Shown here piece by piece: positions 37,938-47,947 of a stretch of DNA of 64,000 nucleotides (positions are counted from its first letter, which is position 1; each line of letters opens with the position of its first letter). Made by a program: the position numbers and the translations under genes. The DNA comes from Myxococcota bacterium (GTDB taxonomy: Bacteria > Myxococcota > XYA12-FULL-58-9 > JALHOP01). The stretch covers positions 63,725-127,724 of the forward strand of contig JBGGMJ010000211.1 of the NCBI GenBank assembly GCA_041288095.1. Direction: 5' to 3'. A model generated the notes under the pieces. It made no database searches. It saw only the letters and a program-made list of their open reading frames with translations, and was not told the origin of the DNA.

Positions 37938-38426
37938 CTACTTCCGCTCGATGTACTCGGCTTCGTAGTAGTTGCCCTTCTTCTCGCCGATGCGGACAGC
38001 GACCTTGTCGCCTTCCTGCAGGTAGAACGCGCCCGCGTTGAGCATGGTCTGCGGGTCCTTGAGCTCGACGTTGCCGCCCGTGATCTTGAGCTTCGGCACG
38101 ACGACGATCTTCTCGTTCGACTTCACATCCTTGCCGGCCCCTTCCTTGGCGGGCTTCTGCACGTTGAGGCGCAGCGCCACGACCGGGAAGCCCTTGGTGT
38201 TCACCTCGACGACCTTGGCCTCGAAGTTCTTGCCGTCGTTGAGCCGCTGCGTGCGGCCGACGTCGCCTTCTTTCTTGGCGCGAATCGAACCACCGGCTTC
38301 CGGCTGCGCCTCACCGACGGCGTTGCCCAACGCGGCGAGCTCCGCGAGTGGATCGGACCCTTGCGCAAGAACGCGCGCGGCTGCCAGCAGAATTACACCC
38401 ATCACCAACACCTTGTTCATTGTCAT
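37938..38426 (-). CDS. exported hypothetical protein
   Basis: Signal peptide, GGAG SD, Lys-rich beta-strand body. Confidence 0.7.
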   Translation of the reverse strand: MTMNKVLVMGVILLAAARVLAQGSDPLAELAALGNAVGEAQPEAGGSIRAKKEGDVGRTQRLNDGKNFEAKVVEVNTKGFPVVALRLNVQKPAKEGAGKDVKSNEKIVVVPKLKITGGNVELKDPQTMLNAGAFYLQEGDKVAVRIGEKKGNYYEAEYIERK

Positions 38427-38929
38427 TCTCCCTGAGGCACAGGCTGTTGTTCGCTCTTCGAGGAGTCAATGCGCGGTTTGCGCAAGACGCCGTACTTCGT
38501 GACTTTGAGCTCGCCGGATAGCAGCTTCGTGCCGGCGACCCAAACCTTGGCACCGGCCATGGGCATGAGCTTGCTCAAGGTCCGTGCACCGAGATTCAAT
38601 GGAATGGCGTCGGCATCGCCGTCGCGCAAGGCCAAGCGGTCGCCTGTCCGCTCGAGCATACCGACGAAAGGCTTCACTCCACCGCCGACGTCGATGATGC
38701 GGTACTCGCGGACGTCCATGCCGTCCTTGGCGGGAAAGCCGACGATCTCGACTTTCAAGGATTGGAGCTGGGCCACTTCCTCGGCGAGCTCGCCGGTTAC
38801 CGTCATGGTCTTGGCGTCGTCGAACACCTGGACGCCACGATCCTGCGCGGGGCCAACCACCCGTACCATGCCGACCATGGTGATCGGGTCATTGGCCGCC
38901 AGCGTCAACGCCAGAGCGAGGGTCAACAT
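38423..38929 (-). CDS. exported hypothetical protein (two short beta-rich repeats)
   Basis: ATG overlapping the upstream stop, signal MLTLALALTLAA. Confidence 0.65.
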   Translation of the reverse strand: MLTLALALTLAANDPITMVGMVRVVGPAQDRGVQVFDDAKTMTVTGELAEEVAQLQSLKVEIVGFPAKDGMDVREYRIIDVGGGVKPFVGMLERTGDRLALRDGDADAIPLNLGARTLSKLMPMAGAKVWVAGTKLLSGELKVTKYGVLRKPRIDSSKSEQQPVPQGE

Positions 38930-40572
38930 CACTGCACCTTGATGGCGTCGATGTTGATATCCGAGGCGTCGTCGGCCGTGAGGTTCACGGTCACCGAGCC
39001 GTCCCCGCCGGTCACCAGGTAGTAGCGGGCGCCCGAGGAAGCGATCGAATCGCTCACTTCGCTGAAGCCCGAGTCGTTGCTGTCGTCGACTCCACCCGGT
39101 CCGTTGAGCGGCACGTCCTCGCCGCGGGCGTTCACGTAGGTGTGGAACGGGCTGAAGCCCATCCATTGACCGTTGGCTTGGGTCGAGCTCGCCACCGCGA
39201 GGAAACGCGGCAAGGTCTCCGACGGCAGCGCCGTGACGTCCGGATTGCTGGTGGCGAACACAGCGCGCACCCAGTTGAGGATGCGTCCGTCATTGCGGGC
39301 ATCCTGCATGAGCGCGTGTTGGAAGCCACGGCGCTCTTGCGTGTAGAGCGGCGCCAAGAGGTCGTGGGCCTGGGTGATGACCGCCGCCGCGTTGGCGCTG
39401 TTCTGTCCCGCGGCGCGCACCTTGGCGTCGATGAGGTAGCGCAGCAACGTGTAGGCGCGGCCACGCTGAGCCACGGTGTCGTTCGGACCGGCGAACGGCG
39501 CGCTGTCCCACTGCTCGAGCGCCAAGGCGTAAGCGTCGACGGTCGAGCCGCCCCAGCCGGTGAGGTCCTCCATCAAGTGGGAGACGCCCTCGTCGAGCCA
39601 CAAGGTCTCGCGGAGCTGGGCCGCGTCGCCGAGCTTGCTGCGCAGCGCGAAGCTCACGAGGTGCTGGTACTCGTGGGCCAGCGTACCAATGATGAGCGCG
39701 TCGGTGTTGCTGCCGTCGGGGAGACGCGCCCAGAGGATGTCGGACTGATTGCCGGTGGCGCCGCTGACGCCCGAGGCGAGGTAGTCGCCGAACACGAACA
39801 CGCCAACGACACTCGCCGGGAGCGTGCCGAAGTTGTTGGTGAAGGCGACCGTGATGCTCTCGCTGCCGTCGACGTCGAGCTCGTCGACGTGACCATCCTG
39901 GCCCATGACCTCGAGCACGGTGTCGGCGGCGACACCGAACTCCGAAGCGACCGCGGTCAGCGCGGCGCCGCTGATCGCGGACGGCCCCGTGGGTCCGAGT
40001 ACGGTGATCTTCACACCACCCGGTGACGTGACGTTGCCGACGACGTCCATCTGACGGCTGGCACCCGCGAGGGTGAGCGTCACGTTATCGACGCAAGTGC
40101 TGGTGCCGGGGGTGCACGTCTGGTCCGTCGGGCAGTCGCAAGCGGCGCGAAGCTCCTGACGATTGACGAGCTGCAGCGATTGCCTACGCGCGGTAAGGTC
40201 GGCCGCCAGCCGATCGATGCCATCGCGGCGCTGCTTCTCGACCGCGAGGCGCGCGTTCCAGTACGCGTGGTCGATGTTCGTGCCCAGCGTCAGAGCCTGC
40301 CCCGCTCGGTTCACGCGCAAGCCCGAGGTCTGCGCGGCGGGCGCGATCTCGTAGAGCACATCGGCGGCCGGACTGGCTTCGCTGACACCGGGAGTGCTGT
40401 AGACGCTCAACAAGAAGACGTCGCTGGGCGAGGAGAAATTCAGCGTCGCTTCACGCTCTTGCTCCGGAAACTTCAGATCGCCGCCGCCATCTCCGCCGTC
40501 GGTACCGCACGCCGCGAGCAAAACGAACGACGCGGCCATGGCAATGTCTCTCAGATTGCGCTTCTCGAACAT
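38929..40572 (-). CDS. lipoprotein zinc metallopeptidase (M30/gluzincin-like)
   Basis: Lipobox LAAC; TLAHEYQHL ... WLDEGVSH. Confidence 0.8.
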   Translation of the reverse strand: MFEKRNLRDIAMAASFVLLAACGTDGGDGGGDLKFPEQEREATLNFSSPSDVFLLSVYSTPGVSEASPAADVLYEIAPAAQTSGLRVNRAGQALTLGTNIDHAYWNARLAVEKQRRDGIDRLAADLTARRQSLQLVNRQELRAACDCPTDQTCTPGTSTCVDNVTLTLAGASRQMDVVGNVTSPGGVKITVLGPTGPSAISGAALTAVASEFGVAADTVLEVMGQDGHVDELDVDGSESITVAFTNNFGTLPASVVGVFVFGDYLASGVSGATGNQSDILWARLPDGSNTDALIIGTLAHEYQHLVSFALRSKLGDAAQLRETLWLDEGVSHLMEDLTGWGGSTVDAYALALEQWDSAPFAGPNDTVAQRGRAYTLLRYLIDAKVRAAGQNSANAAAVITQAHDLLAPLYTQERRGFQHALMQDARNDGRILNWVRAVFATSNPDVTALPSETLPRFLAVASSTQANGQWMGFSPFHTYVNARGEDVPLNGPGGVDDSNDSGFSEVSDSIASSGARYYLVTGGDGSVTVNLTADDASDINIDAIKVQ

Positions 40573-40625
40573 GAGTGCCCCCAGGGATGCATCAAAGACG
40601 CATGCAGGATGGGCACTTATTCAGT

Positions 40626-41852
40626 TCAGTAGAGCGGGCGCAATAGCTCGTAACGACCGTCGCGCGTCGCGTAGAAGTAAGGCTGTTTCCACGGGAAGCG
40701 GATGTCGTTCGACTTGAGCAAGCCGGCATCGACGAGGACCGCGAGCTCCTTGGGATAGTCGCCGGCCTCGGCGCGGTAGACCGCGAGGGCGCGCTCGATC
40801 TTCTGCATCTGCGTCGCCGAGACCACCGACTGCACGTCTTGCGCGACGTAGCCGGTGGATTCACGCAGCGAGACCCAGCCGCGCAAACGCAAGCCGTAGG
40901 TGCGCTGGCCGACCATGAAGAGGACGACGAGCCCGGCCGCCACCGCGGCGACCTTGAGCATCAGCGGCGCGACACCACCGACCCGACGCGCGGCGATGCC
41001 ACCACCGAGCGGCGCCGCCGCCTGCACCGCGCGCTGTTGACGCGTGTCGGCCACTGTCTCGGTCTCGATGATGCCGGCGCTGATGAGTGCCGCCAGCGCT
41101 TTGCAGGTCTCGAACTCGCCGAGGCGCGACAGATCGATGATCTTCTGCACGTCGCGGCCCGGAACGATGAGCTGATAGACCGTGCGCTCCTTGCGGCCGA
41201 TGTCCTTCAGGCGGCCGGTGCGCTCGCTCGACTGGCCGGACTCGAACTCCGCGAAAGCGTCATCGAAGTCGAGCTCCGCGTCAGCCTGCCCTTTTTCACC
41301 CGCGTCGAGCTTCTCGAGATCCTCGAGCTTGTGGAAGGTGATGGCGTAACCGGGGATCGACTTGCGGATGAGCGGCCACTCGTCGACCTGACGGAAGCCC
41401 TCCATGAGGACCGTCTCGCTGCGGATTGGCTCGACGTCCGTCGGCAAGCCGATCTCGGTCTGGTTGAACTCGTAGGTGCCGCTGGTCCACAGGAAGAGCT
41501 GATAGAGCGTCTCGTTGAGCTGCAGCTTGACGAACATCGCCAGGCTCGGAGGCTCGACCAGGCCCGAGTTGATGAGCACGTCACCCAGTCGGTCGCCGCT
41601 CTTCTTCTGGATGTCCAGCGCTTGGCCGAGCTGCTCGTGGGTAATGACCTCGGCGCGCACCAACAGGCCGCCCAGCATGTCGCGCTCGCGGCGCGTCGTC
41701 GAATGGGCGCTGACGACGTGGCCATCGCGGAAGCCAATCTTCACTTCGCGTCCGCGCTCGCGGACGATGAGAAAGCCGGTCTTTCCCTGGTGGCCGATGA
41801 GCTGGAAGATGTCGGCGATGCCGAAATCGCGGAGTGTGCCTCGCAGGGCCAT
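40626..41852 (-). CDS. DUF4388 domain protein with C-terminal TM and GspG-like tail
   Basis: MALRGTLRDFGIADIFQLI...KTG, LGGLLV, LMEGFRQVDEW; tail ALAVYRAEAGDYP..L..LV. Confidence 0.8.
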   Translation of the reverse strand: MALRGTLRDFGIADIFQLIGHQGKTGFLIVRERGREVKIGFRDGHVVSAHSTTRRERDMLGGLLVRAEVITHEQLGQALDIQKKSGDRLGDVLINSGLVEPPSLAMFVKLQLNETLYQLFLWTSGTYEFNQTEIGLPTDVEPIRSETVLMEGFRQVDEWPLIRKSIPGYAITFHKLEDLEKLDAGEKGQADAELDFDDAFAEFESGQSSERTGRLKDIGRKERTVYQLIVPGRDVQKIIDLSRLGEFETCKALAALISAGIIETETVADTRQQRAVQAAAPLGGGIAARRVGGVAPLMLKVAAVAAGLVVLFMVGQRTYGLRLRGWVSLRESTGYVAQDVQSVVSATQMQKIERALAVYRAEAGDYPKELAVLVDAGLLKSNDIRFPWKQPYFYATRDGRYELLRPLY

Positions 41853-43756
41853 TACAGGTCCTCCGTCTGGGCATCGATGAGGGACATCAAGTAGGCGACG
41901 CCCGCGGCGCCGGCGTAGATGATCAGCGCCAGCAGCGACGGACCACCAGCCAACGGCACCGGCGACGGCACGATGTCGAGGCCGATGAGCAGCATGAAGA
42001 CGCTGGTCATGAAGACGACGAGGAAGGCGAGGCCCGAGAGCGCGCGCCCCACCATGAGCTGACCGGCGCCGGCGATGAACACGGACGCGACCCGGCGCAT
42101 GCGCAACAGGCGGATGCTATGGCGGTGTACCTCGATCTCGTGGCGGATACGCTGGAGGGGCTCGATGGTGCTCTTGGTGAGATCCTGCTGCGCTTTCGCG
42201 GCCAGGGTGGTTGGAGCCTTGGTGCCCTTCTTGAAGATGCCGACGATGCCGACCAGGAAGCACAGCGCCACCGCGATGCCGATGTACCAGAGAGGAATGG
42301 TGCGTCCGGACAGCTCGCGCCATACGTCGTGCGCCGCGATCGAGACCAGGGGCGCGGGGGTATTGTGGCTCGCGAAGACACGACGCGGCACCTCGGCGGG
42401 CGCCATGTACGCGGGACCTTGCTGCTTGGCGTCGCGGTCGAAGAGCTCAACGATCTCGTAGTCGATCGCGGTCGCGGATCGATGCGCCTCGCCCGCCTTC
42501 TGGTGCTCGGTCATCGAGAAGTAGACGCGCGAGAGGTTGAACAACGCGGGCACGTGCTTGGGGTCGCGGCTCAGGGCCTTCTCGTAGGCGGCGATGGCGC
42601 CGGCGCGGTCGCCGGCGGCGAACTTCAGATTGCCGAGGATCGTGTAGACGCTCGGTTGCTCGATGCCGCGCTCGAGCGACTGCTCGATGAGGCGGGTCGC
42701 TTCGGGCAGACGTCCGGCATAGCGTTCACGCAGACCCAGCGCCAAGAGCTCCGCGCCGGTCGGCTTCGGCTGTGCCCGTACCCGCGCCGCGGCGGTCTCG
42801 GCGCCCATGTCGGTCGCGGCGAGATAGAGGTCTTGCGCCCGCGAGCCGGGGTAGCCGAGGTACTCCGTCGCTTTGGGCAAGAGCAGCGGCAGCACGGCGA
42901 GGAAGGCGATGATGATGCAGGCGCCGATGCGCTCGTTGCGATCATAATAGGCGATGGGCAACGCGATCCAAATGAGCACGGTCCACACCGGGCCCACCGC
43001 GACCAGCAACGGCGTCGCGATCACGGCGGTGACGATCAGCGCCGCTTGCAAGCGCGTCGCGCCGTTCGGCAGCACCTGCAAGACGCCGAAGATGAGCTCG
43101 CGGCCGTGTCGATAGAGCACGATGACCGCGAAAACGAAGGCACCAACGAGCACCGCGGCGATGGCGGCCAGAGCGAGGTTACCCAAGCGCAGGCGTAGCT
43201 CGATCGGATCAGTGAGGATGGCCGTCGCCGCATGCGCGAGGTCGGTCGCCGCCGCCAGCGGCTGGCCGCCGTCGAAGTTGGCGTGCGCCCGGGCGACCCA
43301 GGTCTCGGGACGCGACGGCGCGAGCTTGCTCGCGGCCTCGGACAGACGCAGCGCCCTCGCCACTTCACCGGTGTTGCCGATGGCGACGCTCTCACGCGCC
43401 ACGGCCAAGCCGTAAGTCGTCAGATTCGGCCAACCGGCAGCCTGCTTGGCCTCAACCATGGAGTTGAGCAAGGCGTCGGCCGCCGCCCGGTCGAAGTCGG
43501 CGAGCGCGCGGCGGCGCAGCCCCCAGAGATCGGCGAAGGTCGACGGCGGTGCGCCACGTAGTTGTTCGGTGCTGGGCGCCGCGACGACGACCGGCGCGTC
43601 CGCGGCGGCCGCTGGAGCTGCCGGCGCCGCGGCTGCTGCCGGCGCGGGCGGCGGCGCATCCCCGGTCTGCGCTCGGGCGATGCTCGCAATAACGGTCAAC
43701 GTAATGGCAACGACCGGCCGACCAGGGAGCCAACGCGACGCGCACCTTATCGACAC
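41852..43756 (-). CDS. TPR-containing membrane protein
   Basis: TPR helices (YTILGNL..AIAAYEKAL; ALFNLSRVY) interleaved with TM segments; start uncertain. Confidence 0.75.
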   Translation of the reverse strand: MSIRCASRWLPGRPVVAITLTVIASIARAQTGDAPPPAPAAAAAPAAPAAAADAPVVVAAPSTEQLRGAPPSTFADLWGLRRRALADFDRAAADALLNSMVEAKQAAGWPNLTTYGLAVARESVAIGNTGEVARALRLSEAASKLAPSRPETWVARAHANFDGGQPLAAATDLAHAATAILTDPIELRLRLGNLALAAIAAVLVGAFVFAVIVLYRHGRELIFGVLQVLPNGATRLQAALIVTAVIATPLLVAVGPVWTVLIWIALPIAYYDRNERIGACIIIAFLAVLPLLLPKATEYLGYPGSRAQDLYLAATDMGAETAAARVRAQPKPTGAELLALGLRERYAGRLPEATRLIEQSLERGIEQPSVYTILGNLKFAAGDRAGAIAAYEKALSRDPKHVPALFNLSRVYFSMTEHQKAGEAHRSATAIDYEIVELFDRDAKQQGPAYMAPAEVPRRVFASHNTPAPLVSIAAHDVWRELSGRTIPLWYIGIAVALCFLVGIVGIFKKGTKAPTTLAAKAQQDLTKSTIEPLQRIRHEIEVHRHSIRLLRMRRVASVFIAGAGQLMVGRALSGLAFLVVFMTSVFMLLIGLDIVPSPVPLAGGPSLLALIIYAGAAGVAYLMSLIDAQTEDL

Positions 43757-43841
43757 CCCTTGGGGTTAACACCCAACCAGGAGCGCTTCAACAATTGTGC
43801 AGACCTTCTCTGCCACATGCTCGCGGTGCTAAAGGCGCGCC

Positions 43842-44696
43842 GTGACCAACGTACCCACATCCCCTGACGCCCGCTTCGAACGAGCCGCCGCCGCCGTGGA
43901 GCGCTTGTGCCGTATCATGGCCCAGCTGCGCGCCCCCGGGGGCTGCCCCTGGGACCGCGAGCAGACGCTCGCGTCGCTGAAGACCTATCTGCTCGAAGAA
44001 ACCTACGAGACGCTCGACGCCATCGACGCAGGCGATCCCGGGGGGCACCGCGACGAGCTTGGAGACCTTCTCCTACAAATCGTCTTCCAATCCGAAATCA
44101 CGCAGGAAGCGGGTGCGTTCGGCCTCGCGGAAGTCGCGACCGCTATCGCCGACAAGCTCGTTCGTAGGCACCCGCACGTCTTCGGCGACACCGAAGCGCG
44201 GACGGCGTCCGACGTGAGCAAGAACTGGGAACGCATCAAGGCGGAAGAGCGCGCGAAGAGCGGCAAGAAGGACGCAAAGGGCACGCTCCACGGGGTTCCC
44301 AAGGCGTTTCCCGCCCTGCTCCGCGCCCTGCGTACCGGCGAAAAAGCAGCGGCGGTGGGCTTTGACTGGACCCGCGCCGCGGACGTTCGCGCCAAGGTGT
44401 ACGAGGAATGGTCCGAATTGGACCAAGCGCTGCTCCGTCGCGAGAAAGACGCCAATCCGACAAATCAGGCGCAAGTCGCCGAAGAGATTGGCGATTTACT
44501 CTTTTCGATTGCCAACCTGTCACGCCACCTCGGCGTCGATCCCGAAGATGCGCTGCGCCGGACGCTGGAAAAATTCCAGAAGAGATTCGAATACTTAGAG
44601 CAGGAATTGGCAAAAAAAGACAAGGTACCCAGCGAAGCAACTATTGACGAGCTAGAGCGATTATGGGAAGACGCCAAACTCTTTTTTCGCACCTGA
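43842..44696 (+). CDS. mazG: nucleoside triphosphate pyrophosphohydrolase MazG
   Basis: LRAPGGCPWDREQT, EETYE, DELGDLLLQ, RRHPHVF, GFDW, EEIGDLLF. Confidence 0.95.
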   Translation: MTNVPTSPDARFERAAAAVERLCRIMAQLRAPGGCPWDREQTLASLKTYLLEETYETLDAIDAGDPGGHRDELGDLLLQIVFQSEITQEAGAFGLAEVATAIADKLVRRHPHVFGDTEARTASDVSKNWERIKAEERAKSGKKDAKGTLHGVPKAFPALLRALRTGEKAAAVGFDWTRAADVRAKVYEEWSELDQALLRREKDANPTNQAQVAEEIGDLLFSIANLSRHLGVDPEDALRRTLEKFQKRFEYLEQELAKKDKVPSEATIDELERLWEDAKLFFRT

Positions 44697-44720
44697 GGCA
44701 TTTCTCCCTGTGCACTCCGG

Positions 44721-44934
44721 TGTGGATATCTAGAGCCGGCGGCGATTCCTGGCCCCGAGCACCTCTCCCCAAGGTCCCGAGCTCTTCCTGATACCCCCCT
44801 GATATCAGCCGCTTGGGCGATCGCCAGCGGACTGTCCGACATAGCGTTCACGCGCCCCTCGCGAGTCCCGCGAATTCACAAGCACCAACAGGTTATCCAC
44901 AGGGGCGGCGTCTGAGCCTATCGCGTTTTTCACG
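44721..44934. promoter_or_regulatory. cluster of DnaA-box-like 9-mers
   Basis: Exact TTATCCACA at 44893-44901; TGTGGATAT at 44721-44729 and TTTTTCACG at 44926-44934 (1 mismatch each); GAATTCACA at 44872-44880 (2 mismatches). Confidence 0.55.
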
Positions 44935-44962
44935 ATTCCGGGTGTCCCCTGACACCGGGCTG

Positions 44963-46516
44963 TCAGGCGCGTCGCCGACGGCGAAACAGCCGATTTCTCA
45001 AGGCATTGAGCTCGGGGGCACGGAAAGCGGTCTGGCAAAGGGCGTAGGCGAGCCCTCCGGCCGTGCATGAGCCGGTGAGGACCACCACGTTCCAGATCGT
45101 GAAGCCCTGCCCCCACGATCCATGAACCGCCACCTGCCAAGCGACTGCCCCCATGAACGCGGCAGCGAGGGTGTCCCGCAGGGCGCGCCCGATGATGCTG
45201 CCCATGCCTAGGCGCCCGGCACGACGGGACAGGAACCAGAGCGCGACCGCGAGCTGCAGCCAAGCCGAGGCGCTGATGCTCATGGGCAAGCCGACGAAGC
45301 CGTAGTTCAGCGCGAAGTATGGGGCGAGCCCAAGGTTCGCCAAGAAGCCGACCGCGCCACACACGACCGGCGTGCGCGTGTCCTGCAAGGCGAAGAACAC
45401 CTGCGAGGTGACGCGAATGTTCGCCACCGCGACGAGCCCCGCCGACAGCCAGATGAGGGCGTAGGCCGTATCGATCGACATCTGATGGGTGAACTGGCCG
45501 TGCTGCGAGATGGTCGCGGTGATCGGCAAGGCGAGCACGGCAAGGCCGACCGCCGACGGGATGGTAATGAAGTTGTTGAGCTGCACCGATTGGCGGAAGG
45601 TCGCCGCGAGCTTCTCCTTGCCGCCGCTGTTCAACGCTTCCGTGAGCGCTGGTAGCGACGCCGTGGCGATGGCGACCGCGAACACACCGAGCGGCAGCTG
45701 GAAAAAACGGTCGGCGCTGTAGAGATACGTGACCGCGCCCTCGCCGAGGTAGCTGGTGAAGTAGCGCAGCGCCGCGATGTTGAGCTGATAGATGGCGAGC
45801 GAGGCTACCGCCGGCCCCATGATCTTGAGGATGCGCCGGATCTCCGGCCCGAACACGAGGCGTGGCCGCACCCAGAGCTTCGCCTGCTTGAGCGCGACGA
45901 TCTGCACGATGACCTGCGCGACGCCGCCAGTGAGCACGCCGAAAGCGACGCCGAGCATGGGTGGATCGACGAGCCGCGCCGCCGTCACGATGAAGCAGAT
46001 GTGGACGCAGTTGAAAATCAGCTGCGAGGCGCTCGACGAGGCGAAGTAACCGCGCGCGTTCAAGGCGCCCATGGTGAGCGCGACGAAGCTCACCAGCGCC
46101 AGGTACATGAACATCCAGCGCACGAGCAGCACCGTCAGCTCGAACTTGCCCGGCACCAGCTTGAAGCCGGGCGCGAACAGATTGACGATCGGCGTCGCGC
46201 CCAGGATGCACAGCAGCGACACGCCGATGGCGAGCAGCGGAAAGACCGCGAGCGCTTGACCCATCAGGCGCCGCACCGCCTCGTCACCGCCCTCGCGCTC
46301 CGACTGCTTGAAGACCGGCAAGAACGCGACGGTCAGCGCGCCCTCGGCGACCAGGTTGCGAAAAGCGTTCGGAATGGTGAACGCCATCAGGAAGGCGTCG
46401 GCCATGTGGTTGGCGCCGAAGATGTGCAGAAAGATGGTGTCGCGGGCGAGCCCGGTGATGCGGCTCAACATCGTATAGAAGCTGACGATGCCGGCGTTAC
46501 GGGCGAGCGAGCTCAT
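44963..46516 (-). CDS. murJ: lipid II flippase MurJ (MviN)
   Basis: SRITGLARD, ADAF, PNAFR..AEG, ADR.FQLPLG, FFALQDTRTP. Confidence 0.95.
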   Translation of the reverse strand: MSSLARNAGIVSFYTMLSRITGLARDTIFLHIFGANHMADAFLMAFTIPNAFRNLVAEGALTVAFLPVFKQSEREGGDEAVRRLMGQALAVFPLLAIGVSLLCILGATPIVNLFAPGFKLVPGKFELTVLLVRWMFMYLALVSFVALTMGALNARGYFASSSASQLIFNCVHICFIVTAARLVDPPMLGVAFGVLTGGVAQVIVQIVALKQAKLWVRPRLVFGPEIRRILKIMGPAVASLAIYQLNIAALRYFTSYLGEGAVTYLYSADRFFQLPLGVFAVAIATASLPALTEALNSGGKEKLAATFRQSVQLNNFITIPSAVGLAVLALPITATISQHGQFTHQMSIDTAYALIWLSAGLVAVANIRVTSQVFFALQDTRTPVVCGAVGFLANLGLAPYFALNYGFVGLPMSISASAWLQLAVALWFLSRRAGRLGMGSIIGRALRDTLAAAFMGAVAWQVAVHGSWGQGFTIWNVVVLTGSCTAGGLAYALCQTAFRAPELNALRNRLFRRRRRA

Positions 46517-46573
46517 GATGCCGCGCCGTTAAATCATATCGATCGGCTACGCCCTAGGCGTTAAGGTGCCGCC

Positions 46574-47053
46574 ATGATCGTCTCGGCCTTGGCCCTGCTT
46601 TGTCTGACGGCCCCTTCCGCTCCAGCGGACACCGACTTCGCCTTGGCCTGGCGGAGCGGCGAAATCTCGCGCGACGCCTCGCACTTCGAGACCACGTGGA
46701 CGCTGAAGGACACGACCCTTACCGTCCACGGAACGGGCTCCGGGCACTCCGCCCTGCCAACCGAGAAGGATACGGAGAAGGTGACGACGCTCGCCGCGGA
46801 CGCTCTGAAGACGGTGGCGGAGCACCTGGCGGCGATTGACGCAGCCGCCAAGAAGCACCGGCGCAAGGACGTGAGCCGAGAGGGCCGCTTCACCCAGATT
46901 CGCTACGCCCATGGCAAGCAAACCCTCGAGCTCTTCTTCCCGTACTGGCTCGACGACGTCGAGCACCGGCCCAAAAACGAGTCCAAGGCCAGGCTCGAGG
47001 TGCTCGAGAAGCTCGAGGCCCTGCGGGCAAAGCTCTTCGCCATAGGGGGCTAG
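46574..47053 (+). CDS. exported hypothetical protein
   Basis: Signal peptide; coding-like composition. Confidence 0.6.
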   Translation: MIVSALALLCLTAPSAPADTDFALAWRSGEISRDASHFETTWTLKDTTLTVHGTGSGHSALPTEKDTEKVTTLAADALKTVAEHLAAIDAAAKKHRRKDVSREGRFTQIRYAHGKQTLELFFPYWLDDVEHRPKNESKARLEVLEKLEALRAKLFAIGG

Positions 47054-47065
47054 GGGCGAGTTTGG

Positions 47066-47095
47066 TTGACAGTCGCGCCCACCGTTTGGTAGACG
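47066..47095 (+). promoter_or_regulatory. sigma70-type promoter for rpsT
   Basis: TTGACA-N18-TAGACG. Confidence 0.5.
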
Positions 47096-47156
47096 CCCGC
47101 CCCTCGTAAGATGCCGAAAGCCCTGTGGGCTAACCCGGCCGTTTGGAGTCGAGATC

Positions 47157-47420
47157 GTGGCAACGCATAAGTCTGCAGAGAAGCGCGCGCGTCAGTCGGT
47201 GAAGCGGGCGGCCCGTAACGTCAGCCGTCGTAGCAAGGTGCGCGGCGCCATCCGGGCTTTTCGCGAGGTTCTGACCGCCGGTGACAAGAAGAAGGCCGAG
47301 AAGGCCCTCGCCGAAGCGACCCGCGAGATCCGCAAGGCCGCTTCGAAGGGCGTCGTTCACGCCCGTAACGCCAGCCGTCGCGTTTCGCGCATGGTGCTGG
47401 CGTTCAACAAGCTCGGCTAA
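47157..47420 (+). CDS. rpsT: 30S ribosomal protein S20
   Basis: MATHKSAEKRARQS...KGVVHARNASRRVSR. Confidence 0.96.
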   Translation: MATHKSAEKRARQSVKRAARNVSRRSKVRGAIRAFREVLTAGDKKKAEKALAEATREIRKAASKGVVHARNASRRVSRMVLAFNKLG

Positions 47421-47437
47421 CAACGCCGCAAGCGTCG

Positions 47438-47465
47438 AGGGCGCCGCGGCCTACGCTGGCGCCCT
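47438..47465 (+). terminator. probable rpsT terminator
   Basis: AGGGCGCC/GGCGCCCT stem followed by ATTCGTTTCTT. Confidence 0.45.
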
Positions 47466-47493
47466 ATTCGTTTCTTCAGAGAGCCCGAATGAG

Positions 47494-47898
47494 CTAGGGC
47501 TTCTGCTTGGGCTCTTCCGACACCACGTCAGCCAGGGCTAGCAACGCCGTCCCGACGTTGCCATGGGCCTCCGCGTGCGACGCCAAGACGCCCGCGAGGT
47601 GAGCGCTAAATCGCTCGGCAGCGCCAGGTCCGTCGGTCACGACGATGTAATTGGCGAAGCGTGGGCCGACCTTGCCAGCGTCGAGGCTACGGAGGTGCGC
47701 CAGGGCTGCCTCCATCCCCGCGTTCGTGTCGGTTCCGTCTGACTGTGGAGCGGCGGCGGCAAGCGCGGCGCGAAGCATCTTGGCGGTGAATGGTACGTGG
47801 ACCGCCTTGCCCTCCTCGAAGCCCAGGAGTGGTGCGTTGGGCTCATCCATCGAGCGAACGTCGAACATGGTGCGATTGAGCGGTGGGGTCGTCGTCAT
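47494..47898 (-). CDS. hypothetical protein (weak vWA-like fragment motifs)
   Basis: GGAG SD before ATG 47898; T...GMEAAL and IVVTDG resemble the vWA C-terminal half. Confidence 0.5.
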   Translation of the reverse strand: MTTTPPLNRTMFDVRSMDEPNAPLLGFEEGKAVHVPFTAKMLRAALAAAAPQSDGTDTNAGMEAALAHLRSLDAGKVGPRFANYIVVTDGPGAAERFSAHLAGVLASHAEAHGNVGTALLALADVVSEEPKQKP

Positions 47899-47947
47899 TG
47901 GTCTTCTCCAGACGCGAATTCCCGGCATTGTCGCGTCGTCTGTGACC

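Noticed and set aside
43746..43775. Additional sigma28-like site (TCGATAAG) before the TPR gene
   Set aside because: No matching -35 element at 15-16 nt spacing.
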